Source: the human T2T-CHM13v2.0 reference genome, Homo sapiens. From it: a DNA stretch of 64,000 nucleotides. A program made the position numbers and the translations under genes. The notes beneath the pieces were generated by a model that was not told where the DNA came from, did no database searches, and was given only the letters and a program-made list of their open reading frames with translations. The stretch is from assembly GCF_009914755.1 (NCBI RefSeq), contig NC_060940.1; one strand, written 5' to 3'. This document shows positions 59,253-64,000 of this stretch, piece after piece. Within the stretch, counting starts at the first letter, position 1, and each line of letters starts with the position of its first letter.

Positions 59253-62200
59253 TACAAATGTTTTTTATGTTGACACTAGCTAGCTGAGGTTCTTCAAAAT
59301 ACAGGCAAGGACCCCCTAGTTATAAATATAGAAAATATTTTTATTTGTTTAAATGTCTCATGCATGATAGGCACACTTTTTAGTTACAAAGAAATTCCTT
59401 CCTATAGTATATTGTAACTATTTAGGAAATGTAAGGGTTGCTTAGGAATAATATATTCTTTTTGATATTTATTCACAAGCTAGTTATATGATCTTAGAGC
59501 AAAATCTACTCTATAAAAATAATTATTCCTTAAAATGTGTTCTTAGAAAATATTAACTATTATGTATAATTATACTCTTTAACTTTTAAACTTTTTTCTA
59601 GGCATGTTAGCAACTTCACAAGAGGAGATTCTGATAACCATTTGTGTTTATCTTTTACAAATGCAATGATTAATTAGGCATCTTTAAAAGTCTTATTACT
59701 TCTGCATTCATTTCAGAACTTCATCCAGTGAGCTATTGAGTTATTCTAAGGGGTCCTCAGTGTTTTCAAATGATGTATCTTCCCCAGAGGAGCCCTAAGA
59801 TATTGCAGTGTGACTTTTTTTTCCCTCTGTAATGTTGGAAAAAGACTCTATTTGTTTAAAATATCTCAGCTACTGAGAGGTTGTCTTAATAGCTCATCAA
59901 ATATCTTCCTCTGATTGACAGCACTGTGGCAATAATTAAATTCTTCAATTGTGAAGGTCATTGGCTCACAGAGGTTTATGGGCTAACCTAGTTAAGGGGC
60001 AGCAGCTTGCTCCTAGATCTTATAAAATTAATAATAATTAGTAGAAACCAAAGGGTTCTGAGTAGACTCTCAGGACACTGACAATATTAATAGTCTGTGT
60101 AAATACTGGTGACCCTGTTTTCTCCCCAACTGTGTGCGAGAATTAGTGGGTACTCTATATTAGACACATTAATGCTTCTATGTCATTTTCTATGATGGAT
60201 ATTGATGATGGAAAATCATGTCTCAAAAACCGCTTTAGGATATATGGCTATAATTTGTCTGCAGTACTCTTGGAAAAGTAGTGGAAATAGTATTCCTTTA
60301 TAACTCTAAGGAAAGGAACAGTACACTATAATTAGTTTATATTGACCCTCACAAATAAGTTACATTCAAAATGTTTTACAAAAGTTGAATCTGAGACTCA
60401 GTGAAATAAGTTCCATTTCAGTTCCTTTCCTTTTTAGTGGTCTTGCACGTCTTTTTCACATCTCAATTTTTAATAGAGTATTTTTAAAAATGGCCATATG
60501 TTCTTTTAGGTCCATATATTTTCCAATAGAGAAAAGACAAAGGAATAGCCTCGTAGAGACTTTCTATGGATTCAGTAAACCTGTCATAATCAGGATAGGA
60601 AAACATGATATTGAGGTACATCGTGTCAACCAAACAGTTGTGTGGATATAACCCAAACTTATTCGAATAAGACATCTAAACCCTTAAATCTATAGAATGC
60701 AGATGCTTGTAGATAGCTAAAACTCATGAGATTGAAGTAGATTTTACTAATGATCTACCCTGTGGAATCAGTGGACACTACATATCAAGCCTTCGATTCA
60801 AATTGAGTTTACAAGTAAAATAACATTTAGAAAGAGTTGTTTTCCTCTTTTATCAAGTCAGCAAATTCAGAGACTTTAAAAATAAATGTAATTTTATCAA
60901 TGATGAATAACTTATTAAATATAGAATATAATTAATTTTAATGTTATATATGCTTGCTTTAATTGACCCTTAAACACAGGCATTTAATACTATTATCAGA
61001 ATAGACTTTTGTTTATATGCAATTAGAAAATGGACTGTTGAGAAAATCATAAGATTCAAATTGTAACTTCAGCATACATGTAATAATATTGTGGTTAAAT
61101 CATATAACATTATTTTAAAATAATAAGAAATCCCTATTTAACAAAAGAATATATACAAAATACTTTCTGTAATCCTAAAAATTAAGTTTGAAATTTAGCC
61201 CAATTTGCAAAGCACAAAAATGTACCATATATTTTCATTGTCATAAAGTTTTAAAATTTGATACAAAATTCCTAGGAGTTATCTCAATAAAAAATATTAA
61301 GTTTAAATATTACCCTCCCAAATATTTAATGATTTGGGTGTAAAATCTCTTGCACAAATGGAAATCTGGATCTCAATTTTAGAAATTTGAGAAAAAAGGA
61401 ATATTATTCATCTTTTGAAATATTCATTGTAAATAGCGTACATGCATTTTAAGGAATATTACCCATGTGATATACTGTTTTCTTGGGAAAAAAACACAAA
61501 TTCCTTCAACTTGCAAAACAATTAAATCAGTTGATAACAAACTGATATTTTCAAGACCGATAAATTCAAAGACCAAGAAGCCAAGCAAAGGATTAATTAG
61601 TATTTCTAATTAGAGAAAAGTATGTAAAACGATTCTATTCAAACAAGATATTTTATGTACCAATGTCCACCAAATGTAAAAATGCCTTATATCTGAGGAA
61701 CTACCATGATATAAAAGATAATTTTCCACACTTTTACCTTCATGTTTTCCAACCGTATTATTTCTGGGATGATTTCTGAGAAAATGGAAATATGCATCTC
61801 CATCCAATGCTGATGTGAGTGTAATTGATATGATCATTCTGCAAGGGCATCCTATGCCATATGGTGAAGCCTTACAATGGTTATGTCTTTTGATTCAAAA
61901 ACTATGTGGAACACACACTTACACACACAGTTATCTTTGTGTGTAGAGAAATTGCTTATGACATCTTTTAACCTTTTTTGCTCATCTGTATTTCCAGAAT
62001 TTTCCATAATACTTGTGTGTAATTTTGTAGCAAGTTACATTCTAAAATAACAACAAAAGACTGAAATTATAGATGTAAGATATAGAAAAGGAAATTTTAT
62101 TTGCAAAAAATGTAGCATATTTTCTCCTTAAAATTTTGGGGGAAGAATATTCTGAGAAGATGCCAGAACCATAGTTGATTAACATGGCTAATTACCTGTA

Positions 62201-62355
62201 TAATACAAACATAATGCCATTGATAGCTGTTTATTTCATGTGTTGACTTTATGTTTTCTGCTACTAATTATTCAACATTGATTAGGTTGGTGAGAGCTTC
62301 GCTGGAGACTTTTTTTTTCTGAACCTGTTCTTGTCATAATTTCATAGCTCATTAA

Positions 62356-62680
<325 letters not shown>

Positions 62681-62729
62681 TCACTTTTATCTTTATATGT
62701 TGAGATGATCTTATACTAAATAAGATGTG

Positions 62730-63087
62730 TTTGGCCACCACAGCTGTTCCTTCTGCCTAAAATGTTCTTTCCCCATGTTTGGTCTGACTAATATCATCAT
62801 ATTCCTTCTTTATGTCTTAACCTCATTGTTGCGTTTTTAAAAAGGCAGAGGCAGATTTTCCATGTGTCTGAATGCATATGGCATTTCCCAGCATCCATGT
62901 CCCAGCATCCATGTCCCAACATCCATGTGTGATGTGATGATGTAATCAACATTTGTCTCCCCAAGGAAACTCCTGGCTCCCTTTGGTCCTTGAGAGGGTC
63001 ACATCACTGCTCAGTGTGTACCCCATGTCTAGCATGGTGCTTTAGCTATCAAGAGCCTGCAGTCTTTACTGGCTGAATGAATGAATA
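62730..63087 (+). mobile_element. L2 3' end containing a 3 x 14-bp tandem repeat (62887-62928)
   Basis: gctgttccttctgcctaaaatgttctttcccc...ctgaatgaatgaat; (CCCAGCATCCATGT)x3. Confidence 0.7.
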
Positions 63088-64000
63088 AGAATTCTTTAAA
63101 ATTTAAATAGATCTAAAAATCTAAACGAAACCTCCTAAGTCACATATTCAAGATCCTTCAACTTGTGACGAAGAGTGCCTCAAACCAAATTCCTGGTGTT
63201 TCCTTAGTGCCGCAACACAGGCTGACTCCCAGGAGTCTTGCAAGTCAGACCTGAGATGCTCCTTGTGCTCCTTGGATGACAGAAGGTGCCCTTCTACTCC
63301 GGGCATGGAGGAAGAAGAATCCAGGACCTATTTTTTTTATTTTTTTAATGAAAAGTCTCAAGTCATAACAGTGTGCCAGTAAGTCAGGAAAACATTAATC
63401 TAGATCATTAGAAGTCACACAATGTCTTTTAGTCTTTCTTTTTAGAAACACCAATTATTTTGATTTGAATATAAAAACAAGGTTCTGGAACCTTGTCTTT
63501 ACCAATTCTGTCATTTCGCAAGTACTTCACCCTGTAAGTTGTTTGGTACAACTTTGAAATATCAATGAAGATATAGTGAATAGCTGAGGAATGTTCAGGA
63601 AACATTGCAGGAGAGGTTGAGAATCAATATTAAGAATATTTTGGATAAATTTTTAGAAGTGAGTGTGAAGGCAAATGCACAGCATCAAAGGAAAAAAAAA
63701 ATTCAACCAATTCAAATAAATAAAAAGACCAAAGAAAACCACCTTTAAATTCAATATCCTTTTCCCCTGTGATTCAAATGTAGATCATTTTAGTAGATAA
63801 ACATATTTTTCCCATGCTAACCTATGTAGTAAAAGATTAGCTCAGATCAACAGGCAATTTTCGTGGCTCAACATTTCCCTTTTCATGAAGTCTTTAAATG
63901 CTGTGGATTAAATTTGCATCCCAAGGTAAATTGTGAACTTGTCAAACACAAGACAAATACACCATACTCCTTGTTACCAACAGGTGGCTTGCTGCTCACA

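Noticed and set aside
59570-59650. Splice acceptor ttttttctag|GCATG as an exon start
   Set aside because: No convincing donor or open frame; such acceptor-like sites are common in AT-rich DNA.

Overview
AT-rich, CpG-depleted primate genomic DNA, most likely human given AluY, LTR13, MER11 and THE1. It looks like deep intronic or intergenic sequence. I find no supportable protein-coding exon, RNA gene or CpG island; the supplied ORFs are Alu/L1/Tigger read-throughs or chance ORFs. Roughly half or more of the window is transposon-derived: about 16 Alu-family copies, many L1 3' ends, one near-complete ancient L1, two HERV-K-class solo LTRs with perfect 6-bp TSDs, MaLR LTRs, Tigger1/3/4/15-like elements, MADE1, MER94, MIR, L2 and L3. 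I cannot support a novel gene system. The notable signal is a set of DNA-repair/template-switch scars: (i) an interstitial telomeric tract preceded by microhomology-linked templated copies inside an L1 (23.1-23.3 kb); (ii) a ~290-bp inverted duplication pasted into an LTR (46.2-47.2 kb); (iii) older-repeat DNA captured inside a younger L1 (20.8-21.2 kb); (iv) a 5'-inverted Alu; (v) a 14 x 29-bp L1-derived minisatellite; (vi) a multi-headed MADE1. Repeat subfamily names come from recalled consensus sequences, and boundaries without TSDs are approximate.
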